DNA from: Candidatus Omnitrophota bacterium | GTDB taxonomy: Bacteria > Omnitrophota > Gorgyraeia > Zapsychrales > JANLHA01 | Assembly: GCA_963662715.1 (NCBI GenBank) | Contig: OY759724.1 | Location: 450,001 to 482,000, forward strand | DNA: 32,000 nt | Direction of reading: 5' to 3' | Part shown: positions 1-11,703 of the stretch, in pieces | How the letters are laid out: each line of letters opens with the position of its first letter | Numbering within the stretch: the first letter of the stretch is position 1 | Position numbers and translations under genes: made by a program | Notes under the pieces: model-generated | The model's database searches: none | Seen by the model: the letters and a program-made list of their open reading frames with translations, nothing else | Told to the model about the DNA's origin: nothing

Positions 1-2494
1 CCCGGGACTTCTGCCGTTCTTCCAGAGCGTTCATCATGACAAAAAACTTTATAGCGCCGCTCGTCTTGTCAGAGAGCAGCCTCTCAATGATGGCGGGCCG
101 GTCCCCCTCCTGCTTCAACTCTTTCATATAACGATCCCTTAAATCAAAATCAACCGGACGCCGGTTGTCCGGATCAACCAGAGTGAAATCCCACAGCTCT
201 GTTCCCTGATAAAAATCGGGAACGCCGGGGGACGTAATCTTCAAGACCACCTGAGACAGAGAGTTAAAAAGCCCATAATGTTCAATGGTCTGCTTGAAAA
301 CAAGAAAATCCTCCAGAAAGGCATTGTGTTCTTTTTCCTCCAGGAGCTTATCAAAAAATTCCACACAGGCTTTTTCGTATTCACTGTCCGGTTTGATCCA
401 GGCTGTGTGAACTTTGGCTTCCCGGACCGATTTGATAATATAATCCCGGATACGCTGTTTATACGTTGACAGGTCATCAAAATGAGACGGAAACGTTCCC
501 AGCAATGTCTGGTAAATAAAATACTCGTCGTTGGCATCCGGCATCGTTTGAGCGTTTTTCTTATGTTTTTTGGGCCGGTTAAATTTTTTCCAGCGGGCCA
601 AAGCCTGCTTCCACTCAACAGGGATCTCCGACAAAACATTAATTCTGGCCCGGACATCCTCGCCTCTTTTGGTGTCATGCGTAGCCGTGGCATTCATGGA
701 AAAAGGACAATATCGCTGGCGCCAACCATTAAAAGCGTGGAAATCCGGCAGAGAAAGGCCAAACAAGCTCGGCTCACCGCCCACCTCATTCAGAGATATC
801 AATTTGTTATATGTGTAGAACATCGTATCTTCAAAACCTTTCGCCATAATAGGGGCCGTCAGCTGTTGAAACCGTTTGATAAAATGCCAGAAATCATTTT
901 TTTCCGTTTCGCTGAGCTGTTCTACCAGGTCCAAAAGCAAAAACTTTTCAATAAAATGGATTTCATAACAAAGCCCCGGGGCTCTCTGCCGGGCCTTCAT
1001 AATGGCCTGGGAAATAAACCGCCTGTCCTGTTCCGTGAAAAGCTCCTGGCTGATGTAGGTGCGGTACACGGGGAAAAAACTCATAACCTCAACCAAGGCT
1101 CTTCTTAAACCATACAAAGTGATATCCCGGCCATATCTGTCCCGGCTGGCGACCTTCTTCATTAAATAGGCCAGATTATCAATGTCCCCGGCCATATGCT
1201 TGCCAATGATCAAGCGCTTTTTATGGACCACTAACTGCTCATAAACTGTCGTCAATTTCGTAAAACGAAAATAGATTTTATTAAACTCTTTTTCATGATC
1301 TTTACGGCAGAATACGCCATTAACGGCATTCAGGAAATCATAGCCGGTCGTTCCCTGAATGGGCCAACTGGGAGCAAGGCGTTCTTCCTGAGCCAGAATC
1401 TTTTCCGCCACGATATAGATATCCCCGACATCCTGTCGCAAGCGGTTCAAATAGGCCTGCGGGTCATAGAGGCCGTCGATGTGATCAATACGTAATCCGT
1501 GGATTCTTCCTTCCTGAATAAGACGCTGAATAAGGGCATGCGTGACGGAAAAAACATCTTCCTTCTCAACGCGTAGAGAAATAAGGTCATTGATAGTGAA
1601 AAATCTCCGGTAATTCAGTTCCTCTGAGGCGACCTTCCAGAAAGACAGCCGGAAACATTGTTCGGAAAGGAGTTCATCGAGCACTTGAAAACTCGCCACA
1701 TGTCCCTTCTCGCCGTTAATAAGCTGCACATTATCGTCTAAAAATGTTTTTATGTCAGCAACCGAAGAATAAAGTTCCCATAATGAGTTTTTCGCATAAG
1801 TCAGCCTGTCATAAGAGCCGTGCGCGGACTCTGCGGGAATCGTGTCAAAAAGGTCGACGATGCCATAATATTTGAACAGATCCGCCGAAGTTTCTCCCAA
1901 CATCTCCACCAGCTTTTGAATACGAAGCATTAATATTTTCCGGTAAGACTTAAAATACAAAGGGAAATTGTGATCATAATAGTTGAGGGAAAAGCCCCGG
2001 GGACCGAAAGACAGCTGAATTTCGGCATCCTCCAGGGCTTCTGAGTAAAAACGGCCCAGGAAAGGGGCTAAAATACGTCCCTGAAAATTCTCATAAATGT
2101 GAACCCAGTCGACGTCAAAGAAATCATAATAGGGGGACTGCTCCCTTCTTTCGAAAATATCCATCAACATACGGTTTTCATGATTATAGGCCATGTGATT
2201 CGGGACAATATCCTGCAGCCAGCCCATACGGTACTTCCTGACCTCCTGACATAAAGATTCGAATTCTTCCGGCGACCCCAATTCAGCATTTAATTGCTGA
2301 GGATCAACAACATCATAACCGTGCATGCTCCCCTGCTTGGCTTTAAATATGGGGGAGGCGTAGACAGTGGAAATTCCTAATTCGGACAGAAATGGAATCC
2401 GGCGTTGAGCCGCAGAAAAACCAAAAGCAGGGTTGAACTGAATTCTGTATGTGGCCACGGGAAAGTGGTCTTGGGAAAAATTTTTATCATTCAT
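1..2494 (-). CDS. treY: Malto-oligosyltrehalose synthase (TreY, GH13); C-terminal end cut off by the left window edge
   Basis: Absent from the supplied ORF track because no stop lies inside the window. My own translation of the minus strand from ATG 2494..2492 stays open to position 1 (about 831 codons). It reads MNDKNFSQDHFPVATYRIQFNPAFGF...ASPIFKAKQGSMHGYDVVDP...LQDIVPNHMA...GLRIDHIDGL...GTTGYDF...ATHDTKRGEDVRAR, which are typical TreY blocks. A GGGG SD-like run lies upstream. The start is 13 nt after the treZ stop. Confidence 0.9.
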   Translation of the reverse strand, partial: MNDKNFSQDHFPVATYRIQFNPAFGFSAAQRRIPFLSELGISTVYASPIFKAKQGSMHGYDVVDPQQLNAELGSPEEFESLCQEVRKYRMGWLQDIVPNHMAYNHENRMLMDIFERREQSPYYDFFDVDWVHIYENFQGRILAPFLGRFYSEALEDAEIQLSFGPRGFSLNYYDHNFPLYFKSYRKILMLRIQKLVEMLGETSADLFKYYGIVDLFDTIPAESAHGSYDRLTYAKNSLWELYSSVADIKTFLDDNVQLINGEKGHVASFQVLDELLSEQCFRLSFWKVASEELNYRRFFTINDLISLRVEKEDVFSVTHALIQRLIQEGRIHGLRIDHIDGLYDPQAYLNRLRQDVGDIYIVAEKILAQEERLAPSWPIQGTTGYDFLNAVNGVFCRKDHEKEFNKIYFRFTKLTTVYEQLVVHKKRLIIGKHMAGDIDNLAYLMKKVASRDRYGRDITLYGLRRALVEVMSFFPVYRTYISQELFTEQDRRFISQAIMKARQRAPGLCYEIHFIEKFLLLDLVEQLSETEKNDFWHFIKRFQQLTAPIMAKGFEDTMFYTYNKLISLNEVGGEPSLFGLSLPDFHAFNGWRQRYCPFSMNATATHDTKRGEDVRARINVLSEIPVEWKQALARWKKFNRPKKHKKNAQTMPDANDEYFIYQTLLGTFPSHFDDLSTYKQRIRDYIIKSVREAKVHTAWIKPDSEYEKACVEFFDKLLEEKEHNAFLEDFLVFKQTIEHYGLFNSLSQVVLKITSPGVPDFYQGTELWDFTLVDPDNRRPVDFDLRDRYMKELKQEGDRPAIIERLLSDKTSGAIKFFVMMNALEERQKSR

Positions 2495-2507
2495 GCAAAA
2501 CCCCTTT

Positions 2508-4337
2508 TCATACCGTCATATCCCTGTCAAAAACGACAAAATGCCACGGCTGCAAGGTCAGAGTCTCCCCTTTGGCAATCTTCTCCGGAGCAACCTGACC
2601 GCTCCCCAGCCACATCGTATCCGCAGAATCCAGCACTTTCTGATACTCGCCTTCTATATGTGTCAGGGCCATGGTCTGAACCTCGTTTGAAAAGTTCATA
2701 AAACTCATAACAGCATTATGATGATGATGTCTTTTTAACTGGACAATTTTGTCCGTTATAGGAATGACGTTCAAATTCTCCTTATTTAAATTCTTTAAAG
2801 CAGGGATATTTTTTCTCATACGAATCAGTGTCTGGTAAAAAGAAAACATCGCCGCATGTTGTCCGGCAGACAATATGTCCCAGATCAATTTGGAGCGGGC
2901 AAAAGTTTCCGGGTCTTGCGGATCGGGAACGCCTCCTTGCCAATGAAAAGAATCAAATTCCCGCTTCCGCCCTTCCCGAACAGCCTGGATCAGATTCTGG
3001 TCTGAATGGCTGACGAAATAAAGGAACGGGGCTGCTTCAGCGTATTCTTCCCCCATAAAAAGCATCGGCACATACGGCGCCACGAATAAGGCACCGGCGG
3101 CTAATTTTGCGGCCTCAAAAGACACGAGCTGAGCCAGGCGGTCTCCTGACATGCGGTTTCCCACCTGATCATGATTCTGGGTGAACACAACAAACTTCTC
3201 TGCCGGAATGGACCGGGACGAACTCCCGTAATATTTCTTCCGGAAAGAAGAATACTGCCACGAATACACAAATCCTTCCTTGTATGCCTTGACCAGTTGC
3301 TCCATCGTCCCATAATCCTGGTAATAACCTTCGGTCTCGCCGGTTATGACGGCGTGCAAAGCATGATGAAAATCATCACACCACTGGGCATGGAGCCCGT
3401 CACCCGAATGGTCCCTTTCCTGAAGAATCCTGACATCATTAAGATCGCTTTCGGCTATCAAGACGGCTTTTCTTCCGGATTGAGAAGCGTAATTGTCCAC
3501 ATGCTCGGCGATATCCCGCAGGATATTCTTTGCGCTCCGGTCATAGATACCGTGGACCGCATCCAGCCGCAAGGCGTCGACATGATAATATTTGAACCAA
3601 TAAAGGGCGTTTTGAATAAAATAATTTCTGACACCGTCACTGTAAGCCCCGTCGTAATTGACAGCTTTTCCCCAGGGGGTTTGATAGCGGTCGGTAAAAT
3701 AAGGGGCAAATTTTCCGAAGTAATTCCCTTCCGGGCCAAGATGATTATAAACGACATCCAGGATGACGGAAAATCCTTTCCGATGGCAGGCGTCGACACA
3801 GCGCTTCAACCCTTCCGGCCCGCCGTAAGAGGACTGTACGGCAAAAGGATACACGCCGTCATATCCCCAGTTTCTTTCTCCGGGGAACTGCGCCACAGGC
3901 ATGATTTCAATGGTATTGATTCCCAGTTTCTGCAAATAATCAAGACGGTCGATAAGCCCCTGAAAGGTTCCTTCCGGAGAAAAGGTGCCGACATGCAGTT
4001 CGTATAAAATCATATCGCAAAGATCCCGTCCTTTCCAGGCCTTGTCCTGCCAGGGGAAAACAGAATGATCCACAACCGAGGAAGGCCCGTGAACCCCCGA
4101 CGGTTGAAAAAAAGACGCCGGGTCAGGCCAAGCGGATTCGTTATCGATGACATACATATACCGGGCATCCGGAGAGACATGGTCCACCGTAGCCTGCCAG
4201 CAACCTCCCGGGCCCTTCTGCATCGGGAAAACTTTCTCTCCGGGGGAGACGATTTTCAAATGAACGGATTTCTGCCGGGGAGCCCAGACACGGAATAAAC
4301 ATTGCCCCGAACCTGAATACCATGCCCCGACATCCAT
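2508..4337 (-). CDS. treZ: Malto-oligosyltrehalose trehalohydrolase (TreZ, GH13)
   Basis: 609-aa ORF with GH13 blocks: YELHVGTF, GINTIEIMPVAQFPGERNWGYDGV, VILDVVYNHLGPEGN, DALRLDAVH, LIAESDLND. The ATG abuts the glgB stop (TAAATG). Confidence 0.9.
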   Translation of the reverse strand: MDVGAWYSGSGQCLFRVWAPRQKSVHLKIVSPGEKVFPMQKGPGGCWQATVDHVSPDARYMYVIDNESAWPDPASFFQPSGVHGPSSVVDHSVFPWQDKAWKGRDLCDMILYELHVGTFSPEGTFQGLIDRLDYLQKLGINTIEIMPVAQFPGERNWGYDGVYPFAVQSSYGGPEGLKRCVDACHRKGFSVILDVVYNHLGPEGNYFGKFAPYFTDRYQTPWGKAVNYDGAYSDGVRNYFIQNALYWFKYYHVDALRLDAVHGIYDRSAKNILRDIAEHVDNYASQSGRKAVLIAESDLNDVRILQERDHSGDGLHAQWCDDFHHALHAVITGETEGYYQDYGTMEQLVKAYKEGFVYSWQYSSFRKKYYGSSSRSIPAEKFVVFTQNHDQVGNRMSGDRLAQLVSFEAAKLAAGALFVAPYVPMLFMGEEYAEAAPFLYFVSHSDQNLIQAVREGRKREFDSFHWQGGVPDPQDPETFARSKLIWDILSAGQHAAMFSFYQTLIRMRKNIPALKNLNKENLNVIPITDKIVQLKRHHHHNAVMSFMNFSNEVQTMALTHIEGEYQKVLDSADTMWLGSGQVAPEKIAKGETLTLQPWHFVVFDRDMTV

Positions 4338-6287
4338 TTAAGCGGAACTCCTTTTAAGGAAAAGAATGGCTAAAGGGGGGATAACGAGGGACAGGGAAAA
4401 ATGTTTTCCCTGGACAGGAAGCGGAGCCGCTTCCTGTCCGCCCCAATTCCCGTAACCGCTCCCCCCGTATTCTCTGGCGTCACTGTTGAGGACTTCCCGC
4501 CAAAAACCTCCCAAGGGGATACCGACTTTATAGTTCGTCCTGGGAACCGGAGTAAAATTACAGACAACAAGAACCGGGCTGGCTTCCTGATGGCCTTTCC
4601 TGATAAAACTGATAACACCGCTCTCCCAATCGAGACAATTCACCCATTCAAATCCTTTCCCGGAAAAATCCTCCTGGAACAATGCCGGTTCTGTCTTATA
4701 GAAATAATTCAATTCTTTGACCCATCGCTGCAGTTGTTCATGCGGAGGATGCTCCAGCAGGTGCCAGTCAAGGGCCGTATCATGATTCCATTCCGCGCGC
4801 TGTCCGAACTCTCCCCCCATAAAAATCAGTTTCTTACCGGGATGCCCTGTCATATAACCGTACAACAAACGTAAATTGGCAAACTTCTGCCAATCATCCC
4901 CCGGCATTTTCTCCAGCAGGGAACCCTTGCCGTGCACGACTTCATCATGGGAAAATGCCAGCAAAAAATTCTCGGTAAAAGCATACATCAGGCTGAAAGT
5001 CAGCTGATGATGATGGTATTTCCGGTAAACAGGGTCCTTGGAAAAATAAACCAGCGTATCGTGCATCCAGCCCATATTCCATTTCATGCCGAAACCCAAT
5101 CCGCCGATGTGAGTCGGACGTGACACCATAGGCCATGCCGTCGATTCCTCGGCGATCATATGAGACGTGGGATAATTTTGGTAAACTTCAACATTGAGCC
5201 TCTTAATAAAATCAACGGCTTCGAGATTCTCTCTGCCGCCGTATTGATTCGGGATCCATTCCCCCTCTTTCCGCGAATAATCCAGATACAACATAGAGGC
5301 GACCGCGTCAACCCTTAACATGTCCACATGATATTTGTCCAGCCAGAACAAAGCGCTGCTGATGAGAAAACTCTGGGTCTCATGGCGTCCATAATTAAAA
5401 ATGTAACTTTTCCAGTCCGGATGAAACCCCTTTTTAGGGTCAGAATGTTCATAAAGGTTTGTCCCGTCGAAAAAAGACAATCCATGCCCGTCAGACGGAA
5501 AGTGAGACGGAACCCAGTCCAGAATCACGCCAATCCCGTTTTGATGCAAATAATCAATCAGACACATCAAGTCCTGGGGACTTCCGTAACGGCTGGTCGG
5601 GGCAAAATAGCCGAGGGTCTGATATCCCCAGGAACCGTAAAACGGATGTTCCATGAGGGGCAAAAATTCCACATGCGTGAAATTCATGTCCTGCAGATAA
5701 CGAACCAACTGTTCCGACATCTCCCGGTAAGTCAGGAAGGAACCGTTCTCCTGCCCTTTCCGGCGCCAGGAACCGAAGTGCATCTCATAAATACATATCG
5801 GGGACGATAAAGAGTTGCGGGCCTGCCGTTCTTTCATCCAGGCGTCATCCTGCCAGGAGTAATCCAGGCTCCAGGTGATGGAAGCTGTTCTCGGAGGGAT
5901 CTCAGAAAAAAAAGCGAAGGGATCTCTTTTTTCAGTCCGGTAATCATTCAGCTTGGAAGTAATAGAGTATTTATAAAGCTCCCCCTTCTCTATTCCGGGG
6001 ACAAAGCCCTCCCATATCCCCGAACTGTCCCACCGGGGGGTTAGGGGATGGGATGCGGAATCCCAATGATTAAAATTCCCGATGACAGAAACCCGTTCGG
6101 CATTCGGAGCCCAGACGCTAAAAAGTGTGCCCGGCGTACCGGCCGACAGGCAATGAGCGCCCAACTTTTCATAGAGACGGAAATGGCTCCCCTCCCTGAA
6201 CAGATAAATATCGTCATCCGTTAAAAGGCTGACATCATACCGCACCGGCCCGGGCGTCCCGCGCGCATCAGATGGAATGTCTGGCAT
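4338..6287 (-). CDS. glgB: 1,4-alpha-glucan branching enzyme (GlgB, GH13), short N-terminus form
   Basis: 649-aa ORF with blocks [66 protein letters not shown] upstream of ATG 6287. Confidence 0.92.
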   Translation of the reverse strand: MPDIPSDARGTPGPVRYDVSLLTDDDIYLFREGSHFRLYEKLGAHCLSAGTPGTLFSVWAPNAERVSVIGNFNHWDSASHPLTPRWDSSGIWEGFVPGIEKGELYKYSITSKLNDYRTEKRDPFAFFSEIPPRTASITWSLDYSWQDDAWMKERQARNSLSSPICIYEMHFGSWRRKGQENGSFLTYREMSEQLVRYLQDMNFTHVEFLPLMEHPFYGSWGYQTLGYFAPTSRYGSPQDLMCLIDYLHQNGIGVILDWVPSHFPSDGHGLSFFDGTNLYEHSDPKKGFHPDWKSYIFNYGRHETQSFLISSALFWLDKYHVDMLRVDAVASMLYLDYSRKEGEWIPNQYGGRENLEAVDFIKRLNVEVYQNYPTSHMIAEESTAWPMVSRPTHIGGLGFGMKWNMGWMHDTLVYFSKDPVYRKYHHHQLTFSLMYAFTENFLLAFSHDEVVHGKGSLLEKMPGDDWQKFANLRLLYGYMTGHPGKKLIFMGGEFGQRAEWNHDTALDWHLLEHPPHEQLQRWVKELNYFYKTEPALFQEDFSGKGFEWVNCLDWESGVISFIRKGHQEASPVLVVCNFTPVPRTNYKVGIPLGGFWREVLNSDAREYGGSGYGNWGGQEAAPLPVQGKHFSLSLVIPPLAILFLKRSSA

Positions 6288-6315
6288 AATCTCATGTCCT
6301 TACGCTGTTGCTTTT

Positions 6316-9300
6316 TTATTTTCCGCTTTTCCTTGGGGCGACTTTGGTCTTTGCCCTGGATAAAACATACCGAATCCCCCGGAGAGGAATCAGGACCCAA
6401 TCAGGGCGGTTGTTGAGCTCATATCCCAGCTCATACAAAGCTTTATCCAGCAAAAAGACGTCCAAGAGGATATCCAACTCAGTCTTTTTCCTGGGAAGCA
6501 CAGTGGAATTCCCGATGACTTCAATATAGGCTCTTAAAAATTTCTGACTGACCTGGCTGTACCAGATATCGGCACAGTATTCCAGGGAAGCGAAGTCCTC
6601 TTCCCGCACGACTTTTTTCAAAAAAAGCGCCGCATAGGCAGCATAATGAAAAGACCTCAGCATTCCCGCGACATCACGCAAAGCCGAACGCTTCAGCCGG
6701 CGTTCACTGATGGAACGGGCGGGTTCCCCTTCGAAATCGATAATAACGAAATCCTTCCCGGTGAACAGGACCTGGCCCAAATGGTAGTCCCCGTGGATCC
6801 TTATTTTCTTCGCCGAGAATTTCGTTTTCAAAATCTGTTTAAAACGGTTGTAAATATTCTGTTCCTGTTCAATAATCGGAACGGCTTCCCCCTGCATGTC
6901 CACCGGAAGAAATTCAATCGTCTTTTTCAACAATTTCATGACGCTTCTGGCCTGACTCCCCATGGCCTGATAAACAGATCTTTGATAAAGCATGGAAAAA
7001 GCTTCCGGCGTAAAATCAGCATGCTCCTCCTCTGCTGACAAGGTCAGGTGCAGTTCGCCCGTCCTCTTTCCCAAAAGCCCGACCATTTCAAGATATAGCG
7101 CATCAATATATTTTGCAAGGTCGACTGAGCAGGCATGAGCCTGCGAGTCCAGCGCTGATAATTCTTTCATCTGTTTTACGGTCTCTTTCTGAGTTAAGGC
7201 CTGTTCATAAAACCTTGCGACATGATCCAAAGTGTAATTCCAGGCATCCCCCTGGTTGGGGATATATGACTGCAGGAGACACAAATCAATGGGCTTCTCG
7301 GATGAAAGATGATACTCCACCGATCCGGCAAAAGAGGGAATACAGGGAAATTTTTTGGAGGTCAAATATTTTATCATCTCGGAATCCGGATTCATCCCGC
7401 TTTCCAGTCTGCGGAAAAGTTTCAAGTAGAATGTATTGTCATAGATAATTGATGTATTGCTCTGCTCCACTTTCAATAATTGCGGGGACAGCTCCGGACT
7501 CCGATCTCCCAGCAAATGAGTGAAAACCTTCCCGGGCATAAAGCGGATTTCATTCTTATTGTTTTTTATCTTTTTTTTCTGCCCCATGAACAGCAGGAGC
7601 TCTTTCTGAAACCGTTTATCGTAAAGGGCGTCAAAAAGGAAGCCCTCCTCCCCCTTCACAGAAAGAGGCAGGATCATGCTCGCGGGATAATCTCTCAAAA
7701 TCCCTCCCCCGTCGGATGCCTTTACGTATGTCACCGGAAGGAAATAAATCGTCTCCTGGCCGGTCACATATTGGATATCCAGGAACAACAGCTGGGCTTT
7801 GACAAAAGAGTTGGCCAAGGGGATCCGGTCTATAATCCTCAGGTGACGAATCTGCAAAGCCTTGCCGCTGAACCAGCGGCAGGTATTTAAATAGGAAGCT
7901 AAAAAGTCGTTTTCGAAACGCCGGATATTCTTAGGATCAAAGATTTCCTCCCAGGAACGGCCGAAAGACATCTTCTTCTGTTTTTTATGTTTGCGCAGAT
8001 CCTGCAGATATTCCGGTCTCTTGAGACGCAACCAGTAATGGTTGTGAGGCCCTAATGTTAAAACATACGGGGTATCTTTGATAGGAGGAAAGATATTCTG
8101 GCTGAAGACTTCTTCCGGGATACATCCGCTGAATTCTTTCAAATCGATCTCCAGGGATTGCGAATAGCGCGACAAGTTAATAACGACAAGGATTCTTTCC
8201 CTTTTATAATGACGGATAAAAGCCAGAACCTTATGATTTTCAGGATAAAGAAACTTTATCCCCCCCTGACTGAAAGCCTTAAAGTTCCGCCGGACGGCAA
8301 TGACTCTTTTCATCCACCACAACAGGGAGGAAAGGTTCTTTTCCTGGGTCTCAACGTTAATGGTTTCATAATGGTATTCCGAGTCAATGATAACCGGCAA
8401 ATACAGCTGTTGGGGATTCGCTTTGGAAAAACCGGCATTCCGGTCCGGACTCCACTGCATCGGGGTCCGGACACCATCCCGGTCGCCCAGATAATGATTG
8501 TCTCCCATGCCGATCTCGTCCCCGTAATAAATGATCGGGGTCCCCGGCAATGAGAGCAACAGGATATTCATTAACTCGATCTTCTTGCGGTCGTTGCCCA
8601 AAAGAGGCACCAGCCGGCGACGAATGCCCAAATTGATTTTCGAACGCTCGTCCTTCGCGAAAGTCCTGTACATATAATCCCGTTCTTCGTCCGTGACCAT
8701 CTCCAGGGTCAATTCGTCATGGTTACGGAGGAAAATCGCCCACTGGCAAGGACTGGGTATCTTGGGCGATTGTTCGAGGATATCAATGATCGGAAAACGG
8801 TCTTCCATATGCAGCGCCATATACATGCGGGGCATCAAGGGGAAATGAAAAGCCATGTGACACTGATCCCCTTTCCCGAAATAGGCGACAGCGTCCTCCG
8901 GCCACTGGTTTGCTTCGGCTAACAGCATGCGGTTTTTGAATTTGCCGTCAACATGTTTGCGTAATTTCCGCAAAAAAGCGTACGTCTCCGGGAGATTCTC
9001 GCAGTTTGTTCCCTCCCTTTCGAACAGGTACGGCACCGCGTCCAGTCTTAAGCCGTCCACCCCCAGAGAAAACCAGAAATCCGCAACCCGCAGTATCTCT
9101 TTCTGGACATTCGGGTTATCAAAGTTCAAATCCGGCTGATGGGAATAAAACCGGTGCCAATAATAACTCTTGGCCTTTTCGTCCCAGGCCCAGTTTGAAG
9201 ACTCAAAATCATGAAAGATGATCCGGGCGTCTTTGTATTTTTCCGTGCTGTCGCTCCAGACATAATAATCCCGGAAATTGGATCCGGGAGCAGCCTTCTG

Positions 9301-9669
9301 CGCCCGTTTAAACCAGGAATGCTGGTCGGACGTGTGATTGATCACTAACTCGCAAATGACGCGGAGTCCCTTTTGGTGAGCCTGCCGGAGGAATTCCTTA
9401 AAGTCCCTTAATGTTCCATATTGAGGATGGACGTTATAATAATCGGAAATATCGTAACCGTCGTCTTTCAGGGGAGAGGGATAAAACGGGAGCAGCCAGA
9501 TAACGGTTATTCCCAAATTCTTCAAATAGTCAAGTTTCTGAGTCAGGCCTTTAAAATCACCGATTCCGTTTCCTTCACTGTCGTAAAATGTTTTGACATG
9601 TAGCTGATAAATAATGGCATCTTTATACCATAACGGATCATGTTCAAGATATGTTCTTGATGAGGGCAT
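6316..9669 (-). CDS. treS: Fused trehalose synthase (TreS, GH13) and maltokinase (Pep2/Mak)
   Basis: 1117-aa ORF. The N-terminal half has TreS blocks: [81 protein letters not shown]. The C-terminal ~450 aa is kinase-like ([28 protein letters not shown]), as in Pep2 maltokinases. AGGAAGGA SD upstream. Confidence 0.9.
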   Translation of the reverse strand: MPSSRTYLEHDPLWYKDAIIYQLHVKTFYDSEGNGIGDFKGLTQKLDYLKNLGITVIWLLPFYPSPLKDDGYDISDYYNVHPQYGTLRDFKEFLRQAHQKGLRVICELVINHTSDQHSWFKRAQKAAPGSNFRDYYVWSDSTEKYKDARIIFHDFESSNWAWDEKAKSYYWHRFYSHQPDLNFDNPNVQKEILRVADFWFSLGVDGLRLDAVPYLFEREGTNCENLPETYAFLRKLRKHVDGKFKNRMLLAEANQWPEDAVAYFGKGDQCHMAFHFPLMPRMYMALHMEDRFPIIDILEQSPKIPSPCQWAIFLRNHDELTLEMVTDEERDYMYRTFAKDERSKINLGIRRRLVPLLGNDRKKIELMNILLLSLPGTPIIYYGDEIGMGDNHYLGDRDGVRTPMQWSPDRNAGFSKANPQQLYLPVIIDSEYHYETINVETQEKNLSSLLWWMKRVIAVRRNFKAFSQGGIKFLYPENHKVLAFIRHYKRERILVVINLSRYSQSLEIDLKEFSGCIPEEVFSQNIFPPIKDTPYVLTLGPHNHYWLRLKRPEYLQDLRKHKKQKKMSFGRSWEEIFDPKNIRRFENDFLASYLNTCRWFSGKALQIRHLRIIDRIPLANSFVKAQLLFLDIQYVTGQETIYFLPVTYVKASDGGGILRDYPASMILPLSVKGEEGFLFDALYDKRFQKELLLFMGQKKKIKNNKNEIRFMPGKVFTHLLGDRSPELSPQLLKVEQSNTSIIYDNTFYLKLFRRLESGMNPDSEMIKYLTSKKFPCIPSFAGSVEYHLSSEKPIDLCLLQSYIPNQGDAWNYTLDHVARFYEQALTQKETVKQMKELSALDSQAHACSVDLAKYIDALYLEMVGLLGKRTGELHLTLSAEEEHADFTPEAFSMLYQRSVYQAMGSQARSVMKLLKKTIEFLPVDMQGEAVPIIEQEQNIYNRFKQILKTKFSAKKIRIHGDYHLGQVLFTGKDFVIIDFEGEPARSISERRLKRSALRDVAGMLRSFHYAAYAALFLKKVVREEDFASLEYCADIWYSQVSQKFLRAYIEVIGNSTVLPRKKTELDILLDVFLLDKALYELGYELNNRPDWVLIPLRGIRYVLSRAKTKVAPRKSGK

Positions 9670-9690
9670 GGATGGTCCTTCCTGTTACGC

Positions 9691-11703
9691 TCACATAAAA
9701 TAGTCAAAATCCTGCTCGCGATGCAAGTGCGGGCGGACACGTATGACATGTGCGGGGCTTATCTGGGGATTTAATTCGATGTAATTCGTCTCTCCCTGCC
9801 AGATATAACGATCGTTACTCAGCAGATCATGCGCTAAAAAAGGCCGTTGCTGTTCAATATTCCAACGATCAAGAGGAATTTTCACCATACCGCTTTGGGT
9901 ATGATAAGGATCGATATTGACGACAACTAAAATGATATTCTGCCCGTCCGGGGAACACTTATAATAGGATAAAAGAAAATCGTTACTCGTTTCACAGAAT
10001 CGGATATTCCCCGTTTCATGCAAAGCCGGATTCTCTCGGCGTATCTGATTGATTCTGGCGATCACATCCTTTAAATGGCCTTCCTGATCCCAGGCCCATG
10101 ACTTCAAGGCATACTTTTCCGAATCAAAGTATTCTTCTTTATTGGGGACAGCCTCGCTCACGCATAATTCAAAAACCGGTCCGTATATTCCGTAATTCGA
10201 CGATAGTGTCGCGGCCAAAACAAGCCTGGCCATAAAAGCCGGGCGTCCGCCGGACTGCAGGTGAACCGGGAGGATGTCCGGGGTATTCGGCCAGAAATTC
10301 GGCCGGAAGTAATCTTGCACTTCGGACTGTGTCAATTCCGTCAAATAATCGACAAACTCCTCTTTGGTGTTACGCCAGGTAAAATAGGTATAAGACTGGC
10401 TAAAGCCTCCTTTGGCTAAACGATACATGACATGCGGCCGGGTAAACGCTTCGGCCAGGAAAAGCGTGTCCGGATAATCTTTCTTGATCTCAGAAATAAG
10501 CCAGTCCCAAAAGGCAAACGGCTTGGTATGAGGATTATCCACCCGGAAAATCCTGATCCCCTGGTCTATCCAGAAAAGGACAACGCTCTTTAACTCGTCC
10601 CAGAGATTTTTCCAGTCAGCGGTTTCAAAATTCAGCGGCAATACGTCTTCATATTTCTTCGGAGGATTTTCAGCAAACTGAATGGAGCCGTCAGGACGCC
10701 ACTTGAACCATTCCGGGTGCTCTTTGACATACGGATGATCCGGGGAGCATTGATAGGCCAAGTCAAGCGCCACGTCAATGCCGTAAGCCCGAGCCTCTTT
10801 GATAAAATGTTTTAAATCGTTCAGGGTTCCTAGCTGGGGATGAATGCTTTTATGTCCTCCCTCCTTATTGCCTATCGCCCACGGGCAGCCGGGGTCTTGA
10901 GGCTCGCATATGACGGAGTTGTTCGTCCCTTTTCGGTTCGTAATGCCGATAGGATGTATCGGCGGAAAATAAACGACATCAAAGCCCATACGGGCGATTT
11001 CCGGCAACATTTTTTCACAGTCTTTAAAAGACCCGTGCCGGCCATCCGGCCCCCAGGACCGGGGGAAAAACTCATACCAGGCACTAAAAAGGGCTTTCTT
11101 TCTATCAACTGTCACGCGCAGTTCTTTCGGATACGCACACCCGTTCGCCCATTCAACGTAAGAACGCATCAATTTCTGCAGCTCATCCGAAAACGCCAAA
11201 GCCATGCCTTCCGGCGTCACTTTGGGGGACCTGAGTTGTTGCATCAGATCTCGGAGGTAATCGCCATCCTTTCCTTGAGCTTTCTCCAGAACCTGCTCCA
11301 TCAACTGTACGCCGACTAAAATATCGATATCCACAGGAGCCTGAGCGTCCCATTTTTTTTTCAAATCACGCTGCCAGGATGTGAAAACGTCAATGCATCC
11401 CTGTATGGTATACACGTAATCCGTCATTTGGGAAATATCAAAACACGCTTCCCAGCGGTCGTTGCCCAGAGAGGTCATCTCGCGATATTGCCAGTCGGCA
11501 GAAGCGACAGGCCGGTAAGCCAATCTTACGGCGATTTCGTCATGTCCGTCCGCATAAACGCTCGCCCGCACAACAACGTGTTCCCCGACCACACGCTTGA
11601 TAGCGAATTGGCCGCCGTCAATTTCCGGGGCGACCTTTTCAATATTGACACGGGAATATTTCTGGACTTTTGTGAGGACTTTTTTTGTTTTGACTTGAGC
11701 CAC
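9691..11703 (-). CDS. glgE: Alpha-1,4-glucan:maltose-1-phosphate maltosyltransferase (GlgE)
   Basis: 670-aa ORF starting at GTG (11703..11701) with AAGGGG SD about 8 nt upstream. The N-terminus VNIEKVAPEIDGGQFAIKRVVGEHVVV is typical of GlgE. GH13-like core blocks: GFDVVYFPPIHPIG, GIDVALDLAYQCSPDHP, GIRIFRVDNPHTKP, LFLAEAFTRP. Confidence 0.88.
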   Translation of the reverse strand: MAQVKTKKVLTKVQKYSRVNIEKVAPEIDGGQFAIKRVVGEHVVVRASVYADGHDEIAVRLAYRPVASADWQYREMTSLGNDRWEACFDISQMTDYVYTIQGCIDVFTSWQRDLKKKWDAQAPVDIDILVGVQLMEQVLEKAQGKDGDYLRDLMQQLRSPKVTPEGMALAFSDELQKLMRSYVEWANGCAYPKELRVTVDRKKALFSAWYEFFPRSWGPDGRHGSFKDCEKMLPEIARMGFDVVYFPPIHPIGITNRKGTNNSVICEPQDPGCPWAIGNKEGGHKSIHPQLGTLNDLKHFIKEARAYGIDVALDLAYQCSPDHPYVKEHPEWFKWRPDGSIQFAENPPKKYEDVLPLNFETADWKNLWDELKSVVLFWIDQGIRIFRVDNPHTKPFAFWDWLISEIKKDYPDTLFLAEAFTRPHVMYRLAKGGFSQSYTYFTWRNTKEEFVDYLTELTQSEVQDYFRPNFWPNTPDILPVHLQSGGRPAFMARLVLAATLSSNYGIYGPVFELCVSEAVPNKEEYFDSEKYALKSWAWDQEGHLKDVIARINQIRRENPALHETGNIRFCETSNDFLLSYYKCSPDGQNIILVVVNIDPYHTQSGMVKIPLDRWNIEQQRPFLAHDLLSNDRYIWQGETNYIELNPQISPAHVIRVRPHLHREQDFDYFM

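Noticed and set aside
241-1108. Track ORFs 241..693 (-), 482..1108 (+), 570..818 (+) and 278..469 (+) at the left end
   Set aside because: All lie inside the long open minus-strand frame that encodes TreY, in other frames or antisense. Their translations are low-complexity with no recognisable motifs, while the TreY frame shows conserved GH13 blocks throughout.
3171-4007. 278-aa plus-strand ORF, and similar plus-strand ORFs at 4401..4874, 5328..5810, 10840..11319, 13959..14489, 21143..21658, 25953..26486 and 28166..28597
   Set aside because: These are antisense shadows of well-supported minus-strand genes. They have no SD and no domain-like sequence, and open antisense frames of this kind are common opposite real genes.
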